64,000 bases of DNA from Longimicrobiales bacterium (GCA_965249725.1 CBDFMQ010000002.1:2464001-2528000), one strand, 5' to 3'. Positions 27,387-37,645 are shown, numbered from the stretch's first letter. Numbers and translations: made by a program. Notes: generated by a model not told the origin, from the letters alone.

Positions 27387-28880
27387 GTGACTCCGCGGGA
27401 TGCCCTGCACGATCTGGTGCTCTTGGTCAGGGCCGGACACCAGTTGATCCACCTGGATACGGACGAGGAGGAGCGCGCGTCAGGCCTGCTCGATTACTTG
27501 GCCGAGCAGATGGACCAGCCTCTGTTTACCTGGACTCGCATCCGCGGCCTGAGCCGCGTCGATCTGTCGGGAGCGGTCTACGACACCGAGAATCCGGCCA
27601 AGGCCTTCCGCCACGTGGCGGCCTCGCAGATGGCAGCCCTCTATCACTTCAAGGACCTCGGACCTCACCTGGGCGAGGACCCCATCCTCGCCGCTCAGAT
27701 GAGAGAGGCGGCGGAGACGCTCAAGGAGACCGGGGGCTCCATTCTGGTCACAGGCCGAAGCCTGACCTTCCCGGACGCCGTGGAACGGATGGTCACTCCC
27801 TTCGTCCTGCCTGGAGCGTCGGATGAGGAGTACCGAGATCTCATCACGCAGATCGTTCGCGACATGCGGAGCCGAGGTCACGTGGACGTGGACATGAGCA
27901 AGGAGGAGCTGGCCCTGCTCCTGCGCCACATGGCCGGTCTCACGCTCATGGAGGCCGAGAAGATCCTGACCAAAGCCATCATCGAAGATGGCAAGCTGGC
28001 CGTCGAGGACATTCGGCATGTGATCGAGGCCAAGATCGCCGTGGTCGGAAGGGACGGATTGCTGGAGTACTATCCCGTCGAATCCACTATGGAGAACATC
28101 GCCGACCTCCGGAGCTTGAAGGACTGGCTGGTGAAACGGAAGGCGGTGGTGACGCAGCCGGAGAGGGCGGAGGAGTTCGGATTGGGCTTCCCGAAGGGCA
28201 TGCTACTTCTCGGCGTCCCGGGCTGTGGGAAGAGCCTTTCGGCCAAGGCGGTGGCCGCCGAGTGGGGCATGCCGCTGCTCAAGCTCGACCCCTCCAACCT
28301 CTACAACAAGTACATCGGAGAGAGCGAGCGGAACTTCAAGCGCGCCATGCACACCGCCGAGCAGATGGCGCCCGTCGTGCTGTGGATCGACGAGCTCGAG
28401 AAGGCCTTCGCCACCGGAGGCAGCGAGGATGGTGGGGTATCTCAGCACATTCTCGGGAGCTTCCTTACCTGGATGCAGGACCGACGCGGCGATGTCTTCA
28501 TCGTAGCCACCGCCAACGACATCAGCCGGCTGCCTGCGGAGTTCCTACGGAAAGGCCGGTTCGACGAGATCTTCTTCGTGGATCTCCCCGACGCCGACAC
28601 CCGTGCCGAGATCTTCCGCATTCACCTGGAAAACCGTGGTAGAGCGTCTAGTGACTTCGACCTACACGCCCTGGGCGCCGCCACCCCCGGTTTCAGCGGA
28701 TCCGAAATCGAGGAGGTAGTGGTTTCAACCCTCTACTCCGCGTTCTCCGGGACGGATGACGTGACCATGGACTCACTCCTGAACGAGGTCCAGGGCACAC
28801 GGCCTCTCTCCACTACCCGGGCCGAACACATAGAGGAGTTGCGGGCCTGGGCAAAAGAGAGGGCGCGGCCGGCGAACTAG
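27387..28880 (+). CDS. AAA+ ATPase (Ycf46-like)
   Basis: GVPGCGKS, WIDELEK, ATANDISRLPAEFLRKGRFDEIFFVDLP. Confidence 0.9.
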   Translation: MTPRDALHDLVLLVRAGHQLIHLDTDEEERASGLLDYLAEQMDQPLFTWTRIRGLSRVDLSGAVYDTENPAKAFRHVAASQMAALYHFKDLGPHLGEDPILAAQMREAAETLKETGGSILVTGRSLTFPDAVERMVTPFVLPGASDEEYRDLITQIVRDMRSRGHVDVDMSKEELALLLRHMAGLTLMEAEKILTKAIIEDGKLAVEDIRHVIEAKIAVVGRDGLLEYYPVESTMENIADLRSLKDWLVKRKAVVTQPERAEEFGLGFPKGMLLLGVPGCGKSLSAKAVAAEWGMPLLKLDPSNLYNKYIGESERNFKRAMHTAEQMAPVVLWIDELEKAFATGGSEDGGVSQHILGSFLTWMQDRRGDVFIVATANDISRLPAEFLRKGRFDEIFFVDLPDADTRAEIFRIHLENRGRASSDFDLHALGAATPGFSGSEIEEVVVSTLYSAFSGTDDVTMDSLLNEVQGTRPLSTTRAEHIEELRAWAKERARPAN

Positions 28881-28899
28881 AACCGGACCCGGTTGGGAC

Positions 28900-29583
28900 T
28901 CAGAGGGGCTCGACACACTCCGGGACGTCGTTCGCCGGGGAGTTCACCAACGTCGACACGGGATATGCGTGCAGCTCGCCCTCGTAGGGTCGGAGGATCT
29001 CGAGGGCGTTCTCCGTCCGGACGGTCTTGTCGAGCCAGGTCGATCGCTCGTCCGCAGGCACGATGGCAGGCATTCGATCGTGGAGCGGACGGACCGCCTC
29101 GTTCGGCTCCACCGTGATGATGGTGAACGAAAAGACCGGTTCGGATTCTGCGCCGTCCCAACGCTCCCAGAGGCCGGCGAACCCGAGCGGAGAACCACTC
29201 GGATCGTGGATCCAGTGCGGCACCTTTCCCGCCCCTTCGCCGGTCTTTTCGCCGGTCTTTTTCTTCACCCACTCGTAGAAACCGTCCGCGGGAACCAAGC
29301 AGCGGCGTGCGACCGCCGCTTCCTTGAAGGCGGGTTTGTTCCGCAACGTCTCGGCCCGCGCATTGATCATGCGAGATCCGATGGAGATGTCCTTGGCCCA
29401 AGAGGGGACCAGGCCCCAGCGCATCAAACCCATCCGGGTGCCCTGCCGATCCGACGCCACTACGGGTGCCAGTTGGGTGGGGGCGATGTTGTACCGAGGC
29501 CCAAGGTCGAAGGTGACCGGAGGCACGTCGAAGACTTCGACGAGATCATCCATCGGAGTGGACAGGCTGTAGCGACCGCACAT
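28900..29583 (-). CDS. SOS response-associated peptidase (SRAP/HMCES/YedK family)
   Basis: MCGRY, RYNIAPTQ, RWGLVP, NARAET, GFYEW, HDRMP. Confidence 0.95.
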   Translation of the reverse strand: MCGRYSLSTPMDDLVEVFDVPPVTFDLGPRYNIAPTQLAPVVASDRQGTRMGLMRWGLVPSWAKDISIGSRMINARAETLRNKPAFKEAAVARRCLVPADGFYEWVKKKTGEKTGEGAGKVPHWIHDPSGSPLGFAGLWERWDGAESEPVFSFTIITVEPNEAVRPLHDRMPAIVPADERSTWLDKTVRTENALEILRPYEGELHAYPVSTLVNSPANDVPECVEPL

Positions 29584-29605
29584 GGCTCGGACTCAGTTCA
29601 GTGGG

Positions 29606-30866
29606 CTATTGAGTCGAGTGCTCTCCGCGACGATCCACGACAAACCGATCCTCCTCCTCCGTCTTCTTCCGAAAACCGAGAAGGTGGAGGATCTCCAAGG
29701 CGAACCAGCGGGCCACGTGCTTGTCGGCCACGAGAGTGCCGGGCCGGGTCGGATGCCGTCTCACTCCGGGAAGCCAGTGGATGATCCGATCGAGGTGCAG
29801 GTGTCGCAGCAGGGCGGACACCTGCAACCAAGCAGGGTGGAACGACCGTACGATGAAAGAAGCCGTCGTCGCCCTGCTCCTGATAGAGCGGCATCAGGAT
29901 CCGGCCCGCCTCCGGGGACCGCACCTCACCACCACCGTTTCTCCCCAGTACCTCTCCACCCCTGACCGGCTTGAAGTTCTCGTAGCCCGGTCTCATGAGG
30001 AAGCCACTCCCCGGCTCGATGTGGTACTTGTGCCGCATTTCGAGCACGGGCGGCTGTCCGATCGCCTCGCGCGACAGACGCTCCCGGCCCTTCGCGACCT
30101 GGGGTACCACGTCCCGGGGAATGAGCCCGGCCGCCTCGAGTGCGACCCACACGGCTGCCTCCACCCGGTCGACCGCCTCCGGCTCATCGTGCTGTCCTCC
30201 CTCGAAGAGGGCGGCGATGAACCCTCGCCGGCCCATGTACTCCAGCATGGTACCGTCCACGAGCTCCTCGAGTCCGAGCACGAAGGGAACCTCGAGGCTC
30301 AACGCGAAGGCGCGGTTGCGCAGGGTGTCGCCCGCCGTGGTGAAGGCCCCACCCGGACCCGAGGTGGTGTGGATGTCCAGCACGTAGACCTGTCCGCGCG
30401 CGTCGGCCACCGCCTCGTCGAGGGCAGCGAGCAACTCGATCTGCTCGTGATCTTCGGGGCAGGACTTCAACGGACCGCCGTTCTCCATGAGAGAACTCAT
30501 GCGATCATTGCCCCAGGCGCGGTTCAGGTCCCTCCCGATGAAGCGGCAACCACGTGAGAGTGCGGTGAGGTTGCCCGCCAACGCGACGAGATCACCAGCG
30601 AGGGCGCCGTTCACGTGGGCGGTTGAGCCGCCTTTGGTGCCGGCGGTGGAACCGCCGTTGGTGCCGGCGGCGAAGCCGCCTTTGGGACCCTGGAGTCCAT
30701 CCAGAACTCTGCGGAGCCCCTGGAGCCCCGCCGGCTCGTTGCCGTGGAGACCACCGACACAGATTAGGGTCGGGCCCGCACGTTCCCCCCGGATTCGACC
30801 CAAGACCCGCTCGACGCCGCTCTCCGTCGCCGTTGTATTCTCTTCAATCCCCGGATGCTGTGTCAC
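29606..30866 (-). pseudogene. Succinylglutamate desuccinylase/aspartoacylase family protein, frameshifted near 29857 (or sequence error)
   Basis: GLHGNEP, DLNR, DIHT, FEGGQH; C-terminus continues in another frame after GDDGFF (IVRSFHPAWLQVSALLR...HLLGFRK). Confidence 0.75.
30615..30686. repeat. Three imperfect in-frame 24-bp tandem repeats
   Basis: Encodes PKGGFAAG-TNGGSTAG-TKGGSTAH. Confidence 0.8.
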
Positions 30867-32787
30867 TGGCTGTGTGCCGTTCCTCCGTCAGCTTGCTCTG
30901 CAGTAGCTGATACGCAATGGGCATGAAGTCCGCCTCACTCACCAACCCCACGAGCTTCCCGTTCGTGACCACTGGCAAGCAAGATACGGCGTTCTCACGC
31001 ATCATGTCGATCGCCTCTAGGGTCGGCGTCTCGGGCGTCACTGTGATCGGATCGACGTCCATGATCGTCCTGACCGGAACCGTGTGACTGACCCGCTCAC
31101 TGCCGAACTCGGACACCATCCTCAAAATCGATCGATAGGAGACGAGACCCACGAGACGGTGCTGATCGTCCTCCACGGGCACGTGCCTGATCTGCTTGCG
31201 ATCCATGAGGAAGGCCACCATCTCCAGCAGCTCGTCCTCCTGGACCGTAAACAGCTGGGTGGTCATGTACTGTTCCACTTTTGTGTAGTTCATCGTCCAG
31301 CCACCTGCTTCATCCAGTCGGGCCAACTCCCACTCGTGTCCAGGCTTCCGAGTATTCTGGTTACGGACCGAAGCGGCCGTGAGCGCGGCCAGGCGTTCGG
31401 AGCGCGTACCCTGGTCCCGCATCTCCTGCAAGGAGCGGATCATCCAGTTGGACCCCGTGCGCCGACTCTCCACCCGGTCCTTGATCACGCCCAGGTACTT
31501 GTCCAGCTCCGATGCGTCCACACGACTCGCCAGTCCGGCATGTGCCAGGGGAAGCAAGGTGTCGAGAATCAACTCGGGTGCGCTCACCTGCTCACCGTCG
31601 AGCCAATGGAAGCCCGCGTTGAGTCCGTGTCGTGACGCCGCCAGGAAGTTGTACTTGGCCTCGTCGAAGTCGAGCCTCTCGGTGATGTCACCAAACTCGG
31701 CTCTTGCGCCCCGCACGAGCCCGATCCAGAACACCGCGTTGGCCACCTCGTCGAGCACCGTGGGTCCGGCTGGCAGTGCACGGCACTCGATCCTCAAGTG
31801 CGGCTTACCCTCGGAAATGCCGTAGCAGGGTCGATTCCAGCGGTACACCGTGCTGTTGTGGAGTTGGAGCGTCTTCAGCTTCGGCACCTCGCCGGCCTCG
31901 ATCTGAGCGAACGGGTCTTCCCCGAAGTCCTGGGCCAGCAACACCCTGAAGTCCGTGATGTCGGCCTGGAACAATTCCGTCACCGACCGCTTGACCCACT
32001 TCTCGCCGAAACGCACTCGGGGGCTGAATTCCCGGAGATGTACAGTCGTGCTCCGCGTATCCAATGACTGCTGGAAGAGCGCGATGCGCGTCTCGGCCCA
32101 GAGCCGCTTACCGAACAGGAGGGGCGAGTTCACAGCAGCGGCCAGCACCGGTCCCATGACCGCCTGCGACATGTTGTACATGTCGGCGAATTCGTCTGCA
32201 TCGACCTGTAGGTGGACCTGACAACTCGTGTTGCAGGCCTCGAGCATGACGGAGTCGTGCTCGATCTGAAGCTCGTCCCGCCCCTCGATCTGCAGTCGGT
32301 AGGCCCCGCCGCGCATCTTGTTCAAGGCCTCGTTCAGGGCGTAGTAGCGAGCCTTGGGCGTGATGTTGTCGAGCGTCAGGTCGGATTTGCTGAGGGTGGG
32401 CAGGATTCCCGACAACACGATCTCGGCACCCACCTTGTGCGCCGCATCGCGGGCCATGCCCAGCAGCTCTTCGATTCGGACCTGGAGTCCACCGAAGCAC
32501 CCGCCCTCCAACATCATGGGCTCGATGTTCATCTCGAGATTGAACTGAGCCAACTCCGGCGTGAAGCTGTCTTCGTCGAGAAGATCGAGGACCTGTAGAG
32601 CCACAGGGGCCGGTCTCCAAGCGTGGTCGACCAGGAACATCTCCTGCTCGCAGCCGAACCGTCGCACCCCCGACTCGATCATGCCGTCTTCCAGCATCTT
32701 CTCCAACGCCCTCAGGTCGGTGAGAAGGGCCTTGGTGAACGACCGGATCGCTTCGCTCCCCTGCTCCGGGACGAGGTCTTGACCCAT
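30844..32787 (-). CDS. Glutamate--cysteine ligase family (GCS2-like) protein fused to a C-terminal CBS pair
   Basis: GCEQE, ELAQFNLE, QVHLQ, NSP, ETR, RWNRP, LRIECR motifs; CBS domains at C-terminus. Confidence 0.85.
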   Translation of the reverse strand: MGQDLVPEQGSEAIRSFTKALLTDLRALEKMLEDGMIESGVRRFGCEQEMFLVDHAWRPAPVALQVLDLLDEDSFTPELAQFNLEMNIEPMMLEGGCFGGLQVRIEELLGMARDAAHKVGAEIVLSGILPTLSKSDLTLDNITPKARYYALNEALNKMRGGAYRLQIEGRDELQIEHDSVMLEACNTSCQVHLQVDADEFADMYNMSQAVMGPVLAAAVNSPLLFGKRLWAETRIALFQQSLDTRSTTVHLREFSPRVRFGEKWVKRSVTELFQADITDFRVLLAQDFGEDPFAQIEAGEVPKLKTLQLHNSTVYRWNRPCYGISEGKPHLRIECRALPAGPTVLDEVANAVFWIGLVRGARAEFGDITERLDFDEAKYNFLAASRHGLNAGFHWLDGEQVSAPELILDTLLPLAHAGLASRVDASELDKYLGVIKDRVESRRTGSNWMIRSLQEMRDQGTRSERLAALTAASVRNQNTRKPGHEWELARLDEAGGWTMNYTKVEQYMTTQLFTVQEDELLEMVAFLMDRKQIRHVPVEDDQHRLVGLVSYRSILRMVSEFGSERVSHTVPVRTIMDVDPITVTPETPTLEAIDMMRENAVSCLPVVTNGKLVGLVSEADFMPIAYQLLQSKLTEERHTASDTASGD

Positions 32788-32831
32788 GCGTATCGCTCTA
32801 GAGGGCTATTGGAGGAATCGCGGACACGAAC

Positions 32832-33503
32832 TCACTCGATAAATGTAGCGATCTCGTCGATCGATTTCTTGGTGATATCGGGCACCTGGGCGTCTTCTTC
32901 CGGATAGCCCACCACCAAGATCAGGAATACTCTCTCGTTCTTGGGTCGTCCGACGATCTCGTTCAGAAAACCCATCGGGGACGGAGTGTGCGTGAGGGAG
33001 GCCAAACCGGCCTGGTGAACCGCCGTAATCAACATGCCCGTCGCGATGCCCACCGACTCGGTCACGTAGTAGTTCTTGGACTTGTGACCGTCCCCGGCGA
33101 GCTCATAGCTCTCCGCTAGAATCACGATCAGGTAAGGGGCCTTCTCCAGAAATGGCTTGTGCTCGTCGGTGCCCAGATGCTCCAGGGCCTCGAGCCACTC
33201 GTCGCCCGCCCGGCCCGCATAGAACTCCCGCTCCTCTTCTTCCGCCGCTTCCCGGATCTGACGCTTGATGTCCGGGTCACCGACGACCACGAAGTGCCAC
33301 GGCTGCTTGTTGGCTCCGTTGGGGGCCGTGCCGGCCGCCAGCAGGCAGTTTTCGATGACTTCCCGCGGGACCGGGCGATCTGAGAAATCCCGGACCGTAC
33401 GCCGCCTGCGCACCTCTTCGAGAAAGCTCGCCGAGCGGGTCCTCATCTCGTCTTCGGGTAGCCGGACGTAGCTGGGAAGAGGTATGAAACCGGCTTTGGG
33501 CAT
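32832..33503 (-). CDS. Nitroreductase superfamily, iodotyrosine deiodinase-like
   Basis: [44 protein letters not shown]. Confidence 0.85.
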   Translation of the reverse strand: MPKAGFIPLPSYVRLPEDEMRTRSASFLEEVRRRRTVRDFSDRPVPREVIENCLLAAGTAPNGANKQPWHFVVVGDPDIKRQIREAAEEEEREFYAGRAGDEWLEALEHLGTDEHKPFLEKAPYLIVILAESYELAGDGHKSKNYYVTESVGIATGMLITAVHQAGLASLTHTPSPMGFLNEIVGRPKNERVFLILVVGYPEEDAQVPDITKKSIDEIATFIE

Positions 33504-33507
33504 GGAT

Positions 33508-34062
33508 TCAGCTGCTCGTTAGTTGTTGGTGGACCAGGACCAGATTACGGACACGCTCCCACGTTGCAAGTACCCGCGCGGCAGGCACACCCAATTGGTT
33601 CGCTAGAACGCGGATGTTCACCAGTGCCACTAAGGCCCCATCCTCCACGGGCAGCGAAGCCCAATCAGCCCGTGGCGTCTCCCCGAAGCTTCGATACGTA
33701 TCAGCAAGCGGACCCAGGCTCGTGTCCGGCTGAAAGGAGATCCGAAAGACGTCGGCGCCCACGCCGTAACGCTGGGTTATCGTCATCCAGGGCGCCCCGG
33801 CGTCCCGTTGCGTTGCGATCGCGTCCGGCGACACGCCGGCTCGTCTCGCAACAAAGAGAACGACCGTGATCTCCTCGGGCGGCAACTGCCACTCGCCCAA
33901 GATCCGAACCTCCTCCAACGAGACCGAAAAGGCTGCACCGACCGTCCGGTAGTAAGCCTCGACAGCAGCATCGTCCGGTCCAGGGAGCTGGGCCGACGAC
34001 GAAGGGGGTAGGACGCACATCACCAGGAGCGCTCCAAACACGGCTTTTACGACTGAGCCCAT
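33508..34062 (-). CDS. Exported hypothetical protein
   Basis: Signal peptide (SSA-Q), TTG start with GGAG RBS, 4 nt from the next gene. Confidence 0.7.
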   Translation of the reverse strand: MGSVVKAVFGALLVMCVLPPSSSAQLPGPDDAAVEAYYRTVGAAFSVSLEEVRILGEWQLPPEEITVVLFVARRAGVSPDAIATQRDAGAPWMTITQRYGVGADVFRISFQPDTSLGPLADTYRSFGETPRADWASLPVEDGALVALVNIRVLANQLGVPAARVLATWERVRNLVLVHQQLTSS

Positions 34063-34302
34063 TGCTCTCTCCCGACCGGGGTGCGCCTCCCAACGGACTC
34101 AGCGCCCGCCGAGGATCCGAGAATCGCACGCTTCCACAATCTTCTACTCGAATGGAGGATCCGCCATGCACTGGCCCCATCCTCTACCGCAATGCCCGTG
34201 CCGCCACTTCGTATGGTCAGGGTGCGGCATCGAGTGAAATAGCGCCAACGCGTGGGACGTTCGAACTCTTGACTGCCAAATCGGCGGGTTCACGGGCACC
34301 TG

Positions 34303-34317
34303 TGGCACGACTCTTGA
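34303..34317 (+). promoter_or_regulatory. sigma54-type promoter for the STAS gene
   Basis: TGGCACG-ACTC-TTGA, one mismatch from TGGCACG-N4-TTGC. Confidence 0.6.
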
Positions 34318-34375
34318 GGTGTAATAAGGTGGAGCGGCCGCCACGACGGCGACCGACCAACGACGCGAGGAGGTC

Positions 34376-34702
34376 ATGATGAACGGGCACGATAGCAACA
34401 GGTGGGGTCGGAAGCTTCCGGCTAACATGCCGGTTGTTGCCACCGCGCCTACAGAGGCCACATCCCTCGAGACGCCCCCCGAGGCGTCTCCGGAACTCGA
34501 TCTCGTCATCGACTTCCATGGGGCGCAAATCTTTGGCCTGGCTGGACTTACGATGCTCTTGACGGCGCAGCAGATCGCCGACTCCGAGAATCGACAGGTT
34601 TGGCTGATGGACCTTCCAGAGGGCGCGTGGCGTCTTCTCAGGGCCCTGGGTCTGGATGACCACTTCGTATGCGTCCCCCTTATGGGAGACCAGCCGAACT
34701 AG
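34376..34702 (+). CDS. STAS domain protein (anti-anti-sigma-like)
   Basis: LVIDFHGAQIFGLAGLTMLL...RLLRALGLDDHF; AGGAGG RBS. Confidence 0.8.
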   Translation: MMNGHDSNRWGRKLPANMPVVATAPTEATSLETPPEASPELDLVIDFHGAQIFGLAGLTMLLTAQQIADSENRQVWLMDLPEGAWRLLRALGLDDHFVCVPLMGDQPN

Positions 34703-34718
34703 TAGTAACAGAGTGGAG

Positions 34719-34756
34719 AAAGCCCTTCGCCGAGTACCGGCGAAGGGCTTTTTTTT
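34719..34756 (+). terminator. Intrinsic terminator (possibly bidirectional)
   Basis: AAAGCCCTTCGCC/GGCGAAGGGCTTT stem followed by T8. Confidence 0.9.
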
Positions 34757-34800
34757 CGCATTTCGGACCAAAGTGCCCACTGAATGGGTCAGATTTCCGA

Positions 34801-36357
34801 CTACTCAGACACGATCTGACTCCAGCTCTCCGGGTTCCACTGCGGCCGTTCGGTGCGTTCGGCCACTTCGTAGCCGAGGAAGAACAAGAGCTTGGTGATC
34901 CTCGACGCCTTGTCCGTATCAATGCGATCCACCTCGTCGTCGAGCCCGTGGTAGTCGTCGTGCGTCCCGTTGAAGAAGAACAGGATCGGCACACCCTTCT
35001 GGGCGAAGTTGAAGTGGTCCGACCGATAGTAGAACCGCTCGTCCGGCCAGATATCGTCGATGGCGGTCATGTCGAGTTCGGGGTGCGCACCGTTCACCTG
35101 GTTCATCGTCGCGCCCAGGTCGGAGTGCTCCTTGCCGATGACGACGATCGTATCCGACCAATTCCGCCCGATCATGTCGGCGTTCAGATTCGCCACCATG
35201 CGATCGTGCGGTATCGGTGAGTTGTTCGCGTAGTACTCGCTGCCCCACAGGCCCTTCTCCTCCCCGCTGACGGTCAGGAAGACCATCGAACGCTTGGGCC
35301 TCGTGCTCATCCTCGCGTAGGCCTCGGCCAGCTCGAGGATGGCCGTGGTTCCAGAAGCGTCGTCGTCGGCACCGTTGTAGATGCTGTCTCCCTCGGCATT
35401 CGGTGTTCCCATACCGATGTGGTCCATGTGCGCACTGAAGATCACGTACTCGTCTTTGAGCACTGGATCACTCCCCTCGAGGATGCCCACCACGTTGGGG
35501 GCCGAGTCGTCGTCGATGACCCGGACTCGCGATGATAGTCGGAGAGTCAGTCCCGGAGCATCGAGGACGGTGACGTTCCGTCGCTCACGGGCCGCGGCGA
35601 GGTCCACCCCGTAGGCAGCCAGGATCGGCTCGATGGCCCGGTCCCTGACTTCCAGGGTCAGACCACCCGATCCACCTCCGCCGGAGCCAACGCGCACGCT
35701 CGACGTGTTCTCGAGGCTCTGGACCACGCTGTTCCAATCGCGGTCGGATTTGCTCGTCGCGACGAGCACGGAGAGGGCCCCCTCTCGCCGTAGGTTGGCA
35801 ACGAATCGGAAGCTGCTCCGGTCCGTTCCCGCCGGTGAGGACGCCACGATCACATGCTTGCCATTCACTGCCGCACCGATCTCGGGGGTCACGCTCCCCA
35901 GCCCCGCCAGAACCACCACCTCACCTTCCGCCTCGGCTTCGGATGCTCCACGGGGCGAAATGAGATCGCGGCCGAATCTCAACTCTCCACCGCCACTCAC
36001 TTCGGCGGAAGATGCGACGATATCGGCACCCACCCTCTGAATGGCGTACCGCTGGATGTAGCCGCCGGCGTCGCCACCCGGAGTCAGTCCGAGTCGCTCG
36101 AACTCGCTCGCGATCCAGGCCGCGGTCATCTCCAGACCGGGACTCGGGGTGTTCCGCCCGCCCATGCTGTCGTGGGCGATCACGCTGATCTTCCTGAAGT
36201 AGTCGTCCGGCGTGATGGATGCGGCCGCACCAAGCACGTCCGCCGTAAGGGGTGCCAGAGAGACCTCTTGTTCGGAGGGCGTGACCCCCGACTCCTGGGC
36301 GCAGGCGGAGGCCGTGGCCACCACGGTCCCGACCAACAACGCAATTGCCGTCTTCAT
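34801..36357 (-). CDS. M28 family metallopeptidase lipoprotein with PA-like insert
   Basis: ASAC lipobox, SAHMDH, NGADDDASG, GEEKGL, NADMIG, SDH, DYH. Confidence 0.92.
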   Translation of the reverse strand: MKTAIALLVGTVVATASACAQESGVTPSEQEVSLAPLTADVLGAAASITPDDYFRKISVIAHDSMGGRNTPSPGLEMTAAWIASEFERLGLTPGGDAGGYIQRYAIQRVGADIVASSAEVSGGGELRFGRDLISPRGASEAEAEGEVVVLAGLGSVTPEIGAAVNGKHVIVASSPAGTDRSSFRFVANLRREGALSVLVATSKSDRDWNSVVQSLENTSSVRVGSGGGGSGGLTLEVRDRAIEPILAAYGVDLAAARERRNVTVLDAPGLTLRLSSRVRVIDDDSAPNVVGILEGSDPVLKDEYVIFSAHMDHIGMGTPNAEGDSIYNGADDDASGTTAILELAEAYARMSTRPKRSMVFLTVSGEEKGLWGSEYYANNSPIPHDRMVANLNADMIGRNWSDTIVVIGKEHSDLGATMNQVNGAHPELDMTAIDDIWPDERFYYRSDHFNFAQKGVPILFFFNGTHDDYHGLDDEVDRIDTDKASRITKLLFFLGYEVAERTERPQWNPESWSQIVSE

Positions 36358-36434
36358 CTAAGCGATTCCAGTCAACAGTTCGAAATAGGCCTCAGTGCGA
36401 AACAAGCCTCAAAGAGATACGAGACGAGGCCCAT

Positions 36435-36463
36435 AGTTTACCGCTCCGCTCATCACGGGCCAA
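36435..36463 (-). promoter_or_regulatory. Candidate sigma70 promoter of the M28 gene
   Basis: TTGGCC-N17-TAAACT. Confidence 0.4.
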
Positions 36464-36514
36464 CGAGTGGATCGCATGACGGCCATGCGGAAGAAGTAGG
36501 GCAGGTAGCGGGGG

Positions 36515-37645
36515 TCAGCGCCCTGCCACTGCCCGGTCGAGCAGATCCGACAGCTGCGCCTCGCCAAGGGGCCCGCGAAGGATGCCCAAGCCACCCGGGA
36601 CGGCGCGGACCACCTGGCTCCATCCCTCCGGGAGGGGCAGATCCATAAGACCCTCCGCGTCCTTCAGAGCGTCTCGCTCCGACCGTTCCGGACCCTGCGC
36701 CTCGCGTAGGGCCACCTTTCGGCTGTCGTCGCCACCCTCTCCAGGCACGAACCGCAACTCGATCGTACGCCCGTCGGGGAGTCCGTGGACGATCGTCACC
36801 GCCGGACCAGTATCCCCGAATACACTCGACACGTAGACGTCGCGAATCGGCAGCCCCGGAATCACGAAGGAGCCCGTGCGTCCGGCGACCGACACCTCAT
36901 CGGTGACGATCGCCGCCGCCGCCTGAGGCAGGGCCTCCGATACGCGCTGCTGGACGAGCTGGCTCGCTGCGCCTCCTACGTCCCGCCGTCCGACCTCGGC
37001 TTCCTCCGCAGATTCCATGCGGGCCACATCAGGAGCGTCCGCGGTCGGAGCGTCCACAGAAGGGGCCGAGACCTCGGAGATCGCCGAGATCGCCCCGCGG
37101 GCGGCCGTCGGTGCGGTCTCCGCGTCGAGATCTTGCGACTGAACCGGCGCTGCAGCGGAGGCGGAGAAGTCGTCCAGTTCCGCCTGTCGGTCGCCGGAAT
37201 CGGCGTCGAAAGCGTTGACGGCCTCGTTGGCCCGGGACTCGAGACCTCCTTGAACCGCTCCCGCGGCGAGCGAAGGTGTCGTAGCCAAGTCGCGGGCGGG
37301 CGACGTGAGATCGCGGGCCAGCCATCCGGCTCCGAGCGATACCACGATCGTGGCCGCCATCCGGAGGGTCCGGAAGCTCGAACCACCAGCGGCCGGGCGA
37401 CCCGGCTCAGACTCACCGGCCCGAGCGACCAGCTCCTCGAACGGTGCGAGGTCCAACGGGGCCTCGGCAGTCGCGGCCAGAATCTCCGAAGCGACCAAGC
37501 GGAGCTGCCGCTCCTCGTCCAGCAACCGTGCGCAAACGTCGCACTCGTCCAGGTGCTGCCTGACGCGCTCGGCCTCGTCCTCGGGAAAAGCGCCCAGGGC
37601 GCCATCGAGGTAGGCGTGGATGTCTCCCTTACTGACGTGCGGCAT
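36515..37645 (-). CDS. zf-HC2 anti-sigma factor
   Basis: HAYLDG, HLDECDVC, TM (AATIVVSLGAGWLA), low-complexity extracytoplasmic part; overlaps sigma gene. Confidence 0.85.
   Translation of the reverse strand: MPHVSKGDIHAYLDGALGAFPEDEAERVRQHLDECDVCARLLDEERQLRLVASEILAATAEAPLDLAPFEELVARAGESEPGRPAAGGSSFRTLRMAATIVVSLGAGWLARDLTSPARDLATTPSLAAGAVQGGLESRANEAVNAFDADSGDRQAELDDFSASAAAPVQSQDLDAETAPTAARGAISAISEVSAPSVDAPTADAPDVARMESAEEAEVGRRDVGGAASQLVQQRVSEALPQAAAAIVTDEVSVAGRTGSFVIPGLPIRDVYVSSVFGDTGPAVTIVHGLPDGRTIELRFVPGEGGDDSRKVALREAQGPERSERDALKDAEGLMDLPLPEGWSQVVRAVPGGLGILRGPLGEAQLSDLLDRAVAGR

Noticed and set aside
29850..29865. Programmed ribosomal frameshift in the deacylase
   Set aside because: No canonical X XXY YYZ slippery heptamer or evident stimulator; a single indel is simpler
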